Source of the DNA: Microbulbifer sp. 2304DJ12-6
GTDB lineage: Bacteria > Pseudomonadota > Gammaproteobacteria > Pseudomonadales > Cellvibrionaceae
Direction: 5' to 3'
NCBI RefSeq assembly: GCF_047289955.1
Contig: NZ_JBLBUB010000028.1
Span: 1,851 to 65,850 of the forward strand
Length of the DNA stretch: 64,000 bases
In this document: positions 30,321 through 40,486 of the stretch, one piece after another
Position numbering within the stretch: position 1 is the stretch's first letter
Layout of the letters: each line of letters starts with the position of its first letter
Translations under genes and position numbers: made by a program
Notes under the pieces: generated by a model
Told to the model about the DNA's origin: nothing
Databases searched by the model: none
What the model saw: the letters and a program-made list of their open reading frames with translations, nothing else

Positions 30321-31013
30321 GTCTGGAGGCTTACCAGTGCAAGGGGCAGGGAGTGTCAAAACACCGATCCGGGCGGCGGGCAACCGCCCGGATTGCCCGG
30401 CCATCACCCAGGTGCGCGGGTCGAATAACACGGACTTATGCCGCGTCTACCACGCCTGCCAGACCTGCAACCCAAATTTCAATAACTCTTGTTAGACGCT
30501 CACCGCCGGAATCATCGTCCGCAGGCAGGTTGCCGCGGAAATTCCTGCACCCAGCAATAGTGTATGCGCTCTCTATATCGATCCTTGCAGATAAATACCG
30601 TTGTGAGCCGCCAAAAACGGCTCCGCACACCACAGGCAAGTGGAGATCATTGACACCGCACAGACTGCGCCCTCCACGGAAAAGGAGTGGCCATGGGAAT
30701 TACAAACGATTACAGCCACAAACTCTGCTATGGCCCAAATGATAGACTCAGGAAACACCTTTGAACGGGTAAGTGGAACCTAGGCCATGCCAATTGCCGG
30801 GGTATCGCCATAGCGCACCGGCAGGGGAGGCTTCTACCAGGCGATTCAACAGGCCCTGGGTATTTCATAAACAAAGTAACACTTTAGGCTAGAGGAGCGC
30901 CGGGTAACCAAAATAGCATTGACAAAATATCCAATCTTGCCTTGTGGTTGCACCAGGCAGAAATGCGCGAGCAACAAGAACAAAAGAAGAGAAGACAGTA
31001 GTAAGAGAACAAG

Positions 31014-32564
31014 ATGATGAGCGGTTCAAGATATTTTCAAAATAAATTCAGCATGCTATGGCTTGCTGTTTTTTTTGCAGTAGTGACAGCAGGTTGTGAG
31101 AAAAGGGATCAGCAAGACTCAAACGCCGGGCAGGGCTTGATCGATAAGCAACTGAATTCTGAAGTGCGCGAATTGGTTACCTCCATGGGTTTGAGTGGTG
31201 ACCCCGCAGCAGGGCGCAACCTCCCGGTTGTTGACGACCCTGTTGTCCAATTGGGGATGAAGTTGTTTTTCTCCAAAGCATTAGGCGGGGATATGGATGT
31301 GGCCTGTGTCAGCTGCCATCATCCTGTACTGGGTGGTGGTGATAATTTGTCGCTGCCCGTTGGGGTGGATGCTGAGATTGAGGATCTTTTGGGTCCGGGC
31401 CGATTTCACAGCATGGCCGGAGAACACTTTGATGGTGGCCCAACCGTCCCCAGAAACGCACCGTCCACCTTTAATATTGGTTTGTGGGACCAGGTGTTGT
31501 TTCACGATGGCCGGGTTGAAAGCCTGGGGAAAACGCCAGGCGTTAACGGTGATGACAATAGGGGCATCCGCACACCGGATGTGCGTTTTGGTGAAGCAGA
31601 CCCCAAGGCGGGGGACAATCTCACGGTTGCACAAGCGCGATTCCCGGTGACTTCGCCAGAAGAAATGAAAGACTTTGGCCTGATGGCCGGCACCACCAAT
31701 GCCGAAGTGCGCGCGTTTCTGGCGCAGCGTATTGGCGGCTATGGCACACCACCGGGCGGGGCCTTGTTGCCAAACGAATGGCTGTTTGAATTTCAAACGG
31801 CCTTCAACGCTGTCGGGGGCAGCGCAGAAGAACTCATCACCTTTGAAAATATCACCAAAGCCATAGCCGCTTATGAGCAATCCCAGGTATTTGTAGAGAC
31901 ACCCTGGAAGGCCTATGTGCAAGGTGACAGCTCAGCCATCAGCAATAGTGCCAAACGCGGTGCATTGGTTTTCTTTCGCAGTGTCGACGAGGGTGGGGCC
32001 GATTGCGCTTCATGCCACTCGGGCGATTTCTTTACCGATGAGCAGTTCCATGTGGTGGCTATGCCGCAGATAGGTCGCGGTAAAGGGGATGGCGTGTATG
32101 GCGATGAGGATTTTGGCCGCTTCAGGGAAACCGGGGATGAGCAGGACAGATATGCCTTCCGCACACCGACACTGCTCAACACCACGGCGACCGGCCCCTG
32201 GGGGCATGCCGGGGCATATACAACGTTGGAAAACGCGGTGCGCCACCATTTGAATCCGCAGGCGGCATTGGACGGATATGATTGGACACAGCTGGATGCA
32301 ACGATTCAGGCAGCCAATATGCTGGAAAAAACCCAACTGGCAATCAACACGCTTCTGCAGAATCGTGCCGAGGGTCTCCCAAGTCTGCAAGATGTGGATT
32401 TGAATAATCAGCAATTTGACGACTTGATGGCGTTTTTAGCGACTTTGACAGATCCCTGTATTGCGGACCGCGCATGTATTGGCCAGTGGATTCCGGATGC
32501 GGGCGATACCAACCCGGATGGGTTGCGTGTAGAGGCCATCGATGAGAACAGCAACCCCCTGTAA
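31014..32564 (+). CDS. Di-haem cytochrome c peroxidase (CCP/MauG family), lipoprotein or periplasmic
   Basis: Two CxxCH haem-binding motifs (CVSCHHP and CASCHSG). N-terminal signal peptide with AVVTAGC. Conserved CCP blocks (PRNAPSTFN, FHDGRVESL, FRTPTLLNTTATGPWGHAG). Confidence 0.85.
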   Translation: MMSGSRYFQNKFSMLWLAVFFAVVTAGCEKRDQQDSNAGQGLIDKQLNSEVRELVTSMGLSGDPAAGRNLPVVDDPVVQLGMKLFFSKALGGDMDVACVSCHHPVLGGGDNLSLPVGVDAEIEDLLGPGRFHSMAGEHFDGGPTVPRNAPSTFNIGLWDQVLFHDGRVESLGKTPGVNGDDNRGIRTPDVRFGEADPKAGDNLTVAQARFPVTSPEEMKDFGLMAGTTNAEVRAFLAQRIGGYGTPPGGALLPNEWLFEFQTAFNAVGGSAEELITFENITKAIAAYEQSQVFVETPWKAYVQGDSSAISNSAKRGALVFFRSVDEGGADCASCHSGDFFTDEQFHVVAMPQIGRGKGDGVYGDEDFGRFRETGDEQDRYAFRTPTLLNTTATGPWGHAGAYTTLENAVRHHLNPQAALDGYDWTQLDATIQAANMLEKTQLAINTLLQNRAEGLPSLQDVDLNNQQFDDLMAFLATLTDPCIADRACIGQWIPDAGDTNPDGLRVEAIDENSNPL

Positions 32565-32821
32565 TCTCCAATGCTGTACCGGTCACCCAGGGTGCGGGGG
32601 AATGACCATCCGCACGCCATCAAGAGCGGCTGGTGACCTCCTGCAGAGTACCGAGCATCAGCAGTTGCATATTGGTATTGCCAGTTTCTCCAAGTGTTGA
32701 AAAACCCGGCAGAGAAACTGTTTTTGGCGATCTGATCATTTGCTGTAATCTTGTTTTGTCTCTGGCTGGCCGGTGGCCGGAGTGTCGCATTCATTACTTT
32801 GCTGAAGGATTGCCATAAACA

Positions 32822-33373
32822 ATGATTCATACAATGCGGTCATTCACCTGGGTTATGCCATTTCTACTGCTTGGCTGGGCCCAGGCCGTCGCGGAGGAGC
32901 CAAAGTACCTGAGATTGATGGACAGGCTTGATCGCGCAAATGATGGGTACTGTTTCGATGTGCAGGGGGTTAGGGGCCATTTTCGGGCAGACAAGCCGCT
33001 TGTTGCACATAACTGCAAGGAAGGAGCCGCACCCGATGGGCTGGTGAAACATAATAAAGACAACATGTTGTTCTTCCCGGCTTTCAACCAATGCGTCACC
33101 GCTATGGGAACCGGAACTACGGTATTGCCTGGTACCAGCTTGATGCTGAAACCCTGTGTAGAACACGGGGTATTCGCCAGCCCTTCCATGCAAAAGCAAT
33201 TTACATTTAATCACAATAAACAACTGGAACTTGGTGACTCCAATCTTTGTGTGGTTGTTGGCAACCGGTCGGCTCAAACGTTGAGCAGCCGGGACCGGTG
33301 GAGAACCCTGTTTTTGGATGATTGCGACAAGATTTCACTGGAGCGATCACAGTGGGAACTCATTGCGCCGTGA
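32822..33373 (+). CDS. Secreted hypothetical protein, possibly a ricin-B-like beta-trefoil (lectin) fold
   Basis: Signal peptide FLLLGWAQAVA. Paired Cys patterns (CFDVQG..., NLCVVVG) reminiscent of beta-trefoil repeats. No catalytic motifs recognised. Confidence 0.45.
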   Translation: MIHTMRSFTWVMPFLLLGWAQAVAEEPKYLRLMDRLDRANDGYCFDVQGVRGHFRADKPLVAHNCKEGAAPDGLVKHNKDNMLFFPAFNQCVTAMGTGTTVLPGTSLMLKPCVEHGVFASPSMQKQFTFNHNKQLELGDSNLCVVVGNRSAQTLSSRDRWRTLFLDDCDKISLERSQWELIAP

Positions 33374-33520
33374 CACAGCTGAGAGAGTGGTTCAGGCAGG
33401 CCGTTGCGATCAGTTCGGCCCGCCCCTGTGTACTCTATATCGGTCTCACACCTTGTGGCGGAAGCCAGAGGGCCACACCGGGCGCTTCAGGGCTCGCGCG
33501 CCGGGATCAGCGCTTAACGC

Positions 33521-34780
33521 TCAAATGGGCCGGCAAAACCTGACCGAAACCTGAAAATAGGCGTCTGACTTGACAATATCCACCTCCCAGTCGTATTGAG
33601 CCGAAATCTTTTCAACCAGCCTGAGCCCAAGGCCAAATCCGGAATTATGCCCGCTGGCTACGGCGTGATGCCTGTTTACTATTCGAATGGAATCGGCCTC
33701 TTGATGGATCACTATGGTTCCTTCGTATACGTGCTGAAAAGCATTGCCAACCAGGTTTCTCAACAGGATAAGACACGGCATTAGGGGGAGTGAGGTTTCA
33801 TAGGGGCTGGTGTTGATTTGTATCGATACCGGCTTTCCCCTGGTCAGGTACTGCATTTCGGAGGCCACCTGGGTAACCAGTGCCTCAAGGTCAATGATCT
33901 CCGGGGCAATGGGCTGGTTGTCGCCACGGCTCAGCCAGAGAAAAGTGTCCACCAGGCGTGACATGGTGGTAGTGGCAAAATCCAGGCGGCTGAGTGCAAT
34001 ATCCAGCTTGTCTGGATAATGGAGGTCGAGCTTCTTTAACAAGTCAACATTGCTCTTCATAACAGCCAATGGAGATCGCAGCTCATGGCTTGAGAACTCA
34101 AGAAATTCCTTTTCCCTGTCGATACTCTCCTGCCTTCTGGCCAGGCTGTCAGTGATAATTTCAGCGATATCTGAAATTTCCTTATAGCGAAATTTTGGGT
34201 AGGATGTCTTTTTATCCCTAATACTTTTAGCAGAAATTTCCTGGGCCCAGGCTTTAAGGGATTCCAGCGGCGACACGATGGTTCTCAGGATAAATAGCAG
34301 GAAAACAGCAAAAATTGCCGAGAAGAATATACTGAGTAATAACAGTCTCCAGTAGACATAGACACTGAGGTTGCCGACCGTGATTTCGGTTTTGTGCCAG
34401 TCAACCCGCTTGCCAACATAGACTTTATCCCCTGATTTATTCCGTGTGAGTAGTACATAATAAAGTTTGTCGGGAACATGAAGTAATGGTGTATCAGCCT
34501 TGAACTTGATCATATCGCCTTCTGCCGATGGGAGCTTTCCCGCATGTTGCTTGAAGTCTTCCGGGAAATGATTCCAATCTTTGCGGATATAAATCTCGAA
34601 CTGGGTTGTATGCCCGGATACGTCTTGACTGGCAGCATCCTCAAGAAAGGTTTTGGTGGCGGTTGCAGTACCCTCTTTGTAATAATCGAACATCAATACA
34701 AAGAATATCCGCGACATAACCAGGCAGGCGAGAATACAGGTAACCGTAAAAACGACATTGAGGCGGGTCCTAATTTTCAT
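33521..34780 (-). CDS. Two-component sensor histidine kinase (BaeS/CusS-like architecture)
   Basis: Two TM segments flanking a periplasmic domain, a HAMP-like linker, an H-box SHELRSPLAVMKSNVDLL, and N/G-box-like LRNLVGNAFQH...GFGLGLRLV. Overlaps the response regulator by 11 nt. Confidence 0.85.
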   Translation of the reverse strand: MKIRTRLNVVFTVTCILACLVMSRIFFVLMFDYYKEGTATATKTFLEDAASQDVSGHTTQFEIYIRKDWNHFPEDFKQHAGKLPSAEGDMIKFKADTPLLHVPDKLYYVLLTRNKSGDKVYVGKRVDWHKTEITVGNLSVYVYWRLLLLSIFFSAIFAVFLLFILRTIVSPLESLKAWAQEISAKSIRDKKTSYPKFRYKEISDIAEIITDSLARRQESIDREKEFLEFSSHELRSPLAVMKSNVDLLKKLDLHYPDKLDIALSRLDFATTTMSRLVDTFLWLSRGDNQPIAPEIIDLEALVTQVASEMQYLTRGKPVSIQINTSPYETSLPLMPCLILLRNLVGNAFQHVYEGTIVIHQEADSIRIVNRHHAVASGHNSGFGLGLRLVEKISAQYDWEVDIVKSDAYFQVSVRFCRPI

Positions 34781-35501
34781 AGGCGGGCTTCACGGCATAA
34801 CCTGAGGGCTTGATTGTGTGGACCAGCGGAACTTGCTCCGGCTGGTCGACCTGCTTTCGTATATGATGGATATGGACTTTCAGGTTATTGACCTCTGTGT
34901 CATTGTCCCCCCAAACGGAGTGGATCAAGACTTGTTTACTGACCACCCTGGGGCTTGCCCGCATGAGTATTTCGAGCAGTTTAAAAGCGGTTGGGGAAAG
35001 TTTTAGGACACGCTCCCCGCGGCTGGCGATATTCTGGTCCAGATCCAGGGTGAGGTCCCCCACGGATATCTTTGTGGTTTGTCCGCTCACTCTGCCGCTC
35101 AAGGCACGAATTCGTGCAACCAGTTCATCCATGGCAAAGGGTTTGACCAGGTAATCATCCGTTCCCGCTCGAAAACCGTTCAATTTGTCATCCAGCTTGT
35201 CTTTCGCGGTGAGCATAATGATCGGGGTGGTATTGCCGCTGGCGCGCAGTTGTTTGCAAACATGCAAACCATCTATACGGGGCAGGTTGATATCCAGAAC
35301 GATGACCTGATAGCTGTTCGCGCGAATCAGATCAAGGGCATTGACACCATCGCTGGCGTAGTCGCAGACAATATTTTCGATTTCCAGATAATCGATGATG
35401 GTACTTGCCAAAGCACGGTCATCTTCAACCACAATCACTGTCATGTGTGAACTCCTGTGCAATAGCGATTTGCCAGATACGATTTCAATGGTTTTACCCA
35501 C
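34770..35501 (-). CDS. OmpR-family response regulator (receiver plus winged-helix)
   Basis: Receiver motifs VIVLDINLPRIDGL and TAKD. C-terminal trans_reg_C signature (LTPTAFKLLEILMRASPRVVSKQVLIHSVWG). Confidence 0.9.
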   Translation of the reverse strand: MGKTIEIVSGKSLLHRSSHMTVIVVEDDRALASTIIDYLEIENIVCDYASDGVNALDLIRANSYQVIVLDINLPRIDGLHVCKQLRASGNTTPIIMLTAKDKLDDKLNGFRAGTDDYLVKPFAMDELVARIRALSGRVSGQTTKISVGDLTLDLDQNIASRGERVLKLSPTAFKLLEILMRASPRVVSKQVLIHSVWGDNDTEVNNLKVHIHHIRKQVDQPEQVPLVHTIKPSGYAVKPAYEN

Positions 35502-36181
35502 AATTTTCTCACAGTCTGTTGCGAATATATCTTTCGGTGCTATCTACCTGGACATGCCCTGCCCAAAGCGCTACTGACTGTTGCTTCCATAAACCCATTG
35601 CCTTAATCGGAAAATCCACGGTCACTCGGCACAGATACCCGGATTCATTCCCGGAGGACAGTTACAGTTACCAATCGCCAGGCTATCTGCTGATAGATGT
35701 CCATAAGACCATATTTTTTCACAATAATTTTCCGGCAGCAGGGATAGGGCCTATCAGTGCTGGAACCATTTGGCCTAAAATTTCTCAGAGCTTTGCCAAA
35801 CAGAGAGTAAAACCACTTGTTCCAGGGAATGGGGTTCTCGAAATGGGATTTTGCAGAAACCTGTTCCCGAACTCATACCACGCACGTATCCGCTGATTAG
35901 GTCCTGGTATCCCGTCGCCGGAGAATTTGACCAAATCCGGGCTTACCCCGGCAGCCGTGCGCAGCCCGAGAGAGCATGTTCCAGACCAATACCGGCTTGT
36001 TGGTTCAGTGCCCCCACTGGGGGCATTCACAAGAGCCCTATCGTCTATCCCAGCAGAAAAACCTGGTTTTTTTTCCTTTTCAAGGTCTAACCACGTTCAT
36101 CGATACACAGAGACGCACCGAAAGGCGCCTTCGCCAGGGAAGGTTCCATCCAATCCAGATAAAGCGAGGGATTTTGTGCAG

Positions 36182-37357
36182 CTATAGGGTAAAAGTCGAT
36201 TTTATTTCTTTCATCATCCCCTCAAAATAGGGATTGAATGTCAGGCGCGCATGGATCTTGCCCGGTTCGTTATAGCCCCATGCGCTGTACCAAACTTCGC
36301 CACCGCTGCGACAATCATTGCCGGCCCCCTCAGCCTCTTGCCCATTGTGGCAAATACGCTCGCTGCCATGGATTCCGTAGTAGGGGTTATCCGGGGAAAA
36401 GAGCATACCCATGTGGGACATATTGCTGATCCGCAGGGCGGGAACCCTGCTGTCAATAAAAAGGGTGCGCGCATCTGCCAAGCCCGGCGGGGAGGTACCA
36501 AACCACATAAACCGGCTTTGCGGATGGGTAAAATGCTCAACAAACAGTCTGTGTATTTCTGCACTGTGCAGGACACTGTCGTGTTCGCTCAGCGCCATAA
36601 ACACCGGCCGCCGGAACTTTTCCCTGCTGAGGCTGGATAATGTTTTGGCACTGGTTTTATAGTACTGGGAAAACCCGTTGGTGGGCATACTGGCGTAACG
36701 GGTATAGTTTGTGAGCCTTTCGGGGTCCGGCACAATCAGCCAGGGCTTGAAGCGGCTGAGCAGCGGTGTCAACCTTGCCAGCGGCTGGCCGGATTGAAAT
36801 CCCGGTGAAAACAGTATCAGGCCCTTGATCACCGGATCTGCAGCCGCTTCAAGATACGCCAGATTGCCACCGGTCGAAAATCCTCCCAGATACACTTCCT
36901 CAACATCGGCCTTTAGCAGCGCAACCTGTCGGCGGACCTCCTGTTGCCAGCTATCGTGATCGGCAATAAGCAAATCTGCGGGCCGGGTTCCGTGGCCGGA
37001 TAGCAACAGGGTGCGCACCAGGAAGCCCTGCCGGCTCAATGACCCGGCAATATCCACAAAGGACCAGGGCGAATCCCCGAGCCCGTGGACCAGCAGTACA
37101 CCGCGTGTCGGTTGCAGGGGCTGGTCCGGGAAGCGTTCGAAGGGTAGGTTGGCGGTGATCTCCGCCTGCACATCCCCGGTGAGGAAGTACCGGTGCCTTG
37201 CCAGTAGTTGTTCAGTTTGTGCGATGTATTGCTCGAAGGAACTGTAGTCGGTGACGGGACTTGCCTCCGACGGGGTCAATAGCGGGTGTGTGGGGACGCC
37301 ACGGCAGCTCACCAGAAAGGGGATCAGACAGAATCCAAGGATGTATAGTCGCATCAC
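36182..37357 (-). CDS. Alpha/beta-fold hydrolase lipoprotein, encoded last in an RND efflux operon
   Basis: Lipoprotein signal GFCLIPFLVSCRG. LLVHGLGDSPWSF (oxyanion-hole region). GGFSTGG nucleophile elbow (GxSxG with Ser). Starts 4 nt after the RND permease stop. Confidence 0.6.
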   Translation of the reverse strand: MMRLYILGFCLIPFLVSCRGVPTHPLLTPSEASPVTDYSSFEQYIAQTEQLLARHRYFLTGDVQAEITANLPFERFPDQPLQPTRGVLLVHGLGDSPWSFVDIAGSLSRQGFLVRTLLLSGHGTRPADLLIADHDSWQQEVRRQVALLKADVEEVYLGGFSTGGNLAYLEAAADPVIKGLILFSPGFQSGQPLARLTPLLSRFKPWLIVPDPERLTNYTRYASMPTNGFSQYYKTSAKTLSSLSREKFRRPVFMALSEHDSVLHSAEIHRLFVEHFTHPQSRFMWFGTSPPGLADARTLFIDSRVPALRISNMSHMGMLFSPDNPYYGIHGSERICHNGQEAEGAGNDCRSGGEVWYSAWGYNEPGKIHARLTFNPYFEGMMKEIKSTFTL

Positions 37358-37360
37358 CTT

Positions 37361-40300
37361 TTACCCCTGTTGCAACACCGCGGGTGATTCGGCTTCGGCG
37401 ATGGCGCGGGAGATGGCGCCTGGCGAGCCGGTTCCACGGGCGATGAACTGATAGGCAACCGGGACGATAAACAGGGTAAACACCGTTGCCATCAGTACAC
37501 CCGCCAGCACGACAGTGCCAATGGCGATCCGGGTTTCCGCGCCGGCGCCGCTGGTGAGGACCAGCGGTATGGTGCCGGCAATGGTCGTCAACCCGGTCAT
37601 CAGGATAGGCCGGAAACGGGTGGATGAGGCTTCCATCAGGGCCGCGTCGAACGACATGCCCCGATCGCGCAACTGGTTGGCAAATTCCACGATCAGGATG
37701 CTGTTTTTGGCCGCCAGCCCCACCAGCATAATCAGGCCGATCTGCGAGTAAATATTCAGCGAATTGTTGGTGAAATAGAGCCCCAGCAATCCGCCCGCCA
37801 AGGCTAAGGGCACGGTCACCATCACCACCAGGGGATGGATATAGCTCTCGAACTGAGCGGCCAGGACCAAATAGACCACCAACAATCCCAGTAAAAAGAC
37901 AAATAAAATCGAGCTGCCTGACTCAATAAAATCCCGGCTCTGCCCTTTGTAGTCGATCATAGCCTCGGGCGGCAAATGGGTGCGAACCAGCTGTTGCAGG
38001 TAACTCAGGGCTTCCCCCAGGCTGTAACCTTCGCTCAGGTTTGCCTCCAGGGTAATGGAGCGAATGCGATTGAAGCGGGGCAGGGTTTCGGCCGCGCCAT
38101 ACTCCTGGATATCCACCAGGTTGGAGAGGGGGATCAGTTGCGGGGAGCGGCTTGAACGCACATAGATATTGCTGACGTCGGTCAGGGAGCGCTGGTTATC
38201 CCGCATGCCCTCAACAATCACATCGTATTCTTCGCCATTATTGAGGTAGGTGGTGATCCTGCGCCCCCCCATCATGGTTTCCAGGGTGCGCCCCACTTCG
38301 GTAATGCTCACCCCCAGGTCTGCCGCCCGGTCGTAGTCAACGGTGAAGTCCAATTGTGGGCGGACATCCTTGTAGTCGGTATCGACGCCGCTCAGTCCAG
38401 GATTACTGGTGTTTATTTGTTCTTGCAGTATCTGCACCCATTCGGCCAGTGCATCATAATTACTGCCTCCAAGAACAAACTGTACCGGTTTGCTGACGCC
38501 GCCACCCAGCCCCTGTCGCATCACCGGGAAAGCGCGAACCCCGGGAAGATCTGCCAGGGCAGCACTTACATCGGCCATAATCGCGTTGGCGGGGCGGCGC
38601 TCGGACCAGTCATTTAATACCGCGATAGCAAAACCGGAATTGAAATTTTCGATATTGCCGAAAGAGCGGGGGGTACGGACCAGCAACCGATTGATTTCCC
38701 CATTGTCAACAAAGGGTATCAAGCGGTGTTCAATCTCATCCATATACTCTTCCATAAAGGCATAGCTGGCGCCCTCGGGGCCATTTACAATCAGGAAAAA
38801 TGCCCCCCGGTCTTCATAGGGCGTGAATTCCTGGGCTATACGCGGGTAGGCCAGAATGCTCACCCCGGCCACAAGGGCGACCACCAGGGACACAATCAAT
38901 GGTCGTCGCAATGCCAGCTTCAACAGGCGGATATAACGATCGCGCAATCGGGTTGAGGCCGAGTCCACCCACCTGACCAGGCGGCCGGGTTGGGCGTCAT
39001 TGTGGCTGGATTTCAGGAGTTTGGAAGCCAGCATGGGACAGAGTGTCAGGGCCACCAGTGACGACAGGCTGACAGCGGCGGCGATGGTCAGCGCAAACTG
39101 GGTGAACAGCCGGCCGATATCTCCTTCGAGAAACGTGATAGGCACAAAGACTGCAATCAGCACCACCGTTGTGGAGATCACCACAACCCCCACCTGCTTG
39201 GCGCCGCGGTAGGCGGCAATCAATGGCGGCTCGCCATATTCCTGCATGCGCCTGACAATATTTTCCAGCATCACAATGGCATCATCGACCACCAGGCCGA
39301 TGGCCAACACCAGTGCCAGAAGGGTGAGTAAATTCAGGGAAAAACCAAACGCATACATGGCAATAAAGGTTGCCACCAGCGAAACCGGTACCGTTACCGC
39401 GGGGATTAACATGGCGCGGACCCGGCCGAGAAACAGGTAGATAACCAGGACCACACAGGCGATGGCAACCAGGAGCGTGAAATACACTTCGTGAATGGAT
39501 GCCTCGATAAACACCGCCGCGTTATAGCTTTCCTCGATCGACATGCCTTCGGGAAGACTCTGGTTGAGACGTTCGGTCAATTCCAGTACGCCGTCGACCA
39601 CCTCGATAGTATTCGCGGTGGACTGGCGAATAATCCCGATGCCCACCATGGGCACGCCATTACCGCGGAAAAAGGTTCTGTCCTCCACCACACCCAGTTC
39701 AACTTCAGCGATATCGCCCAGGCGAACCAGGTAATTATCTCCACCCCGGCCAACCACCAGGGAGGCAAAATCCTCCGGCTCAATAAACTGGCGGTTAACC
39801 CGGGCGCGAAAGATTCGCGTTTCAGATTCCAGTCTGCCCGCCGGCAACTCCACATTCTCGGCGCGTAGTGCAGCCTCGATGTCGCCAACACTTAAATTGC
39901 GGGCCGCCATTGCCTCCCGGTCCAGCCAGATGCGCATGGCGGTATCCTGGCCACCACCGATACGCACCCGGGCAACGCCATCCACAGTGGAATACTGATC
40001 AACCAGAAAGCGCTGTGCGTAATCGGTCAGCTCCTGTACGGTCATGCTGTCACTGGTTAAATTCCGCCAGATGATCACGTCGTCATTACTGTCGACTTTC
40101 TGTACCTCCGGGGGATCGGCATCCACCGGCAGGTCATCGGCAATACCGGAGATCTGGTCCCGTATATCATTGGCCGCCGCATCGATATCGCGGTTGATGG
40201 AAAATTCCAGGGTGATGCGGGACCGGCCATCCTGGGAAGAGGATTCAATAAACCGCACACCTTCTATACCCGCTATGCGTTCCTCCACCACCTCGGTGAT

Positions 40301-40486
40301 GCGGGTCTCGACAATATTGGCTGGTGCACCCGGATAATTAACCTCGATGGTGACAACCGGCGGATCAATATGCGGATATTCACGCAGGGACAAACGCTCA
40401 AACGCGACCCACCCGAATGCCACCAGTAAAATCGACAGCACGCTGGCAAAAACGGGCCGCTTGACAGAGATATCAGACAAAATCAC
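37361..40486 (-). CDS. RND family efflux transporter permease (HAE1-like)
   Basis: 1041 aa. 12-TM RND architecture. Conserved AIGLVVDDAIVMLENIVRR and GAGAETRIAIGTVVLAGVLMATVFTLFIVP. Confidence 0.9.
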   Translation of the reverse strand: MILSDISVKRPVFASVLSILLVAFGWVAFERLSLREYPHIDPPVVTIEVNYPGAPANIVETRITEVVEERIAGIEGVRFIESSSQDGRSRITLEFSINRDIDAAANDIRDQISGIADDLPVDADPPEVQKVDSNDDVIIWRNLTSDSMTVQELTDYAQRFLVDQYSTVDGVARVRIGGGQDTAMRIWLDREAMAARNLSVGDIEAALRAENVELPAGRLESETRIFRARVNRQFIEPEDFASLVVGRGGDNYLVRLGDIAEVELGVVEDRTFFRGNGVPMVGIGIIRQSTANTIEVVDGVLELTERLNQSLPEGMSIEESYNAAVFIEASIHEVYFTLLVAIACVVLVIYLFLGRVRAMLIPAVTVPVSLVATFIAMYAFGFSLNLLTLLALVLAIGLVVDDAIVMLENIVRRMQEYGEPPLIAAYRGAKQVGVVVISTTVVLIAVFVPITFLEGDIGRLFTQFALTIAAAVSLSSLVALTLCPMLASKLLKSSHNDAQPGRLVRWVDSASTRLRDRYIRLLKLALRRPLIVSLVVALVAGVSILAYPRIAQEFTPYEDRGAFFLIVNGPEGASYAFMEEYMDEIEHRLIPFVDNGEINRLLVRTPRSFGNIENFNSGFAIAVLNDWSERRPANAIMADVSAALADLPGVRAFPVMRQGLGGGVSKPVQFVLGGSNYDALAEWVQILQEQINTSNPGLSGVDTDYKDVRPQLDFTVDYDRAADLGVSITEVGRTLETMMGGRRITTYLNNGEEYDVIVEGMRDNQRSLTDVSNIYVRSSRSPQLIPLSNLVDIQEYGAAETLPRFNRIRSITLEANLSEGYSLGEALSYLQQLVRTHLPPEAMIDYKGQSRDFIESGSSILFVFLLGLLVVYLVLAAQFESYIHPLVVMVTVPLALAGGLLGLYFTNNSLNIYSQIGLIMLVGLAAKNSILIVEFANQLRDRGMSFDAALMEASSTRFRPILMTGLTTIAGTIPLVLTSGAGAETRIAIGTVVLAGVLMATVFTLFIVPVAYQFIARGTGSPGAISRAIAEAESPAVLQQG

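Noticed and set aside
30368-30390. Perfect 8-bp hairpin CCGGGCGG-N7-CCGCCCGG after the Big_2 gene as a terminator
   Set aside because: No U-tract follows. It may be a REP-like element or a Rho-dependent region rather than an intrinsic terminator.
24221-30431. Numerous 60-140-aa minus-strand ORFs inside the Big_2 gene (e.g. 24354-24725, 25971-26396, 27333-27593)
   Set aside because: They are antisense reading frames kept open by the GC-rich repetitive coding sequence. They inherit the repeat periodicity and lack starts or SDs.
30353-30742. Arg-rich 129-aa ORF downstream of the Big_2 gene
   Set aside because: Low-complexity Arg/Pro/Ala composition typical of an out-of-frame GC-rich intergenic read. 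It has no SD and no motifs.
31281-32830. Minus-strand ORFs antisense to the cytochrome c peroxidase gene and the following spacer
   Set aside because: The sense strand encodes a clearly recognisable di-haem CCP, so the antisense frames are incidental.
35405-36187. ORFs (163 aa and smaller) in the 680-nt gap between the response regulator and the hydrolase gene
   Set aside because: No SD and no motifs. The frames cross each other. More likely it is promoter or leader DNA for the two-component genes.
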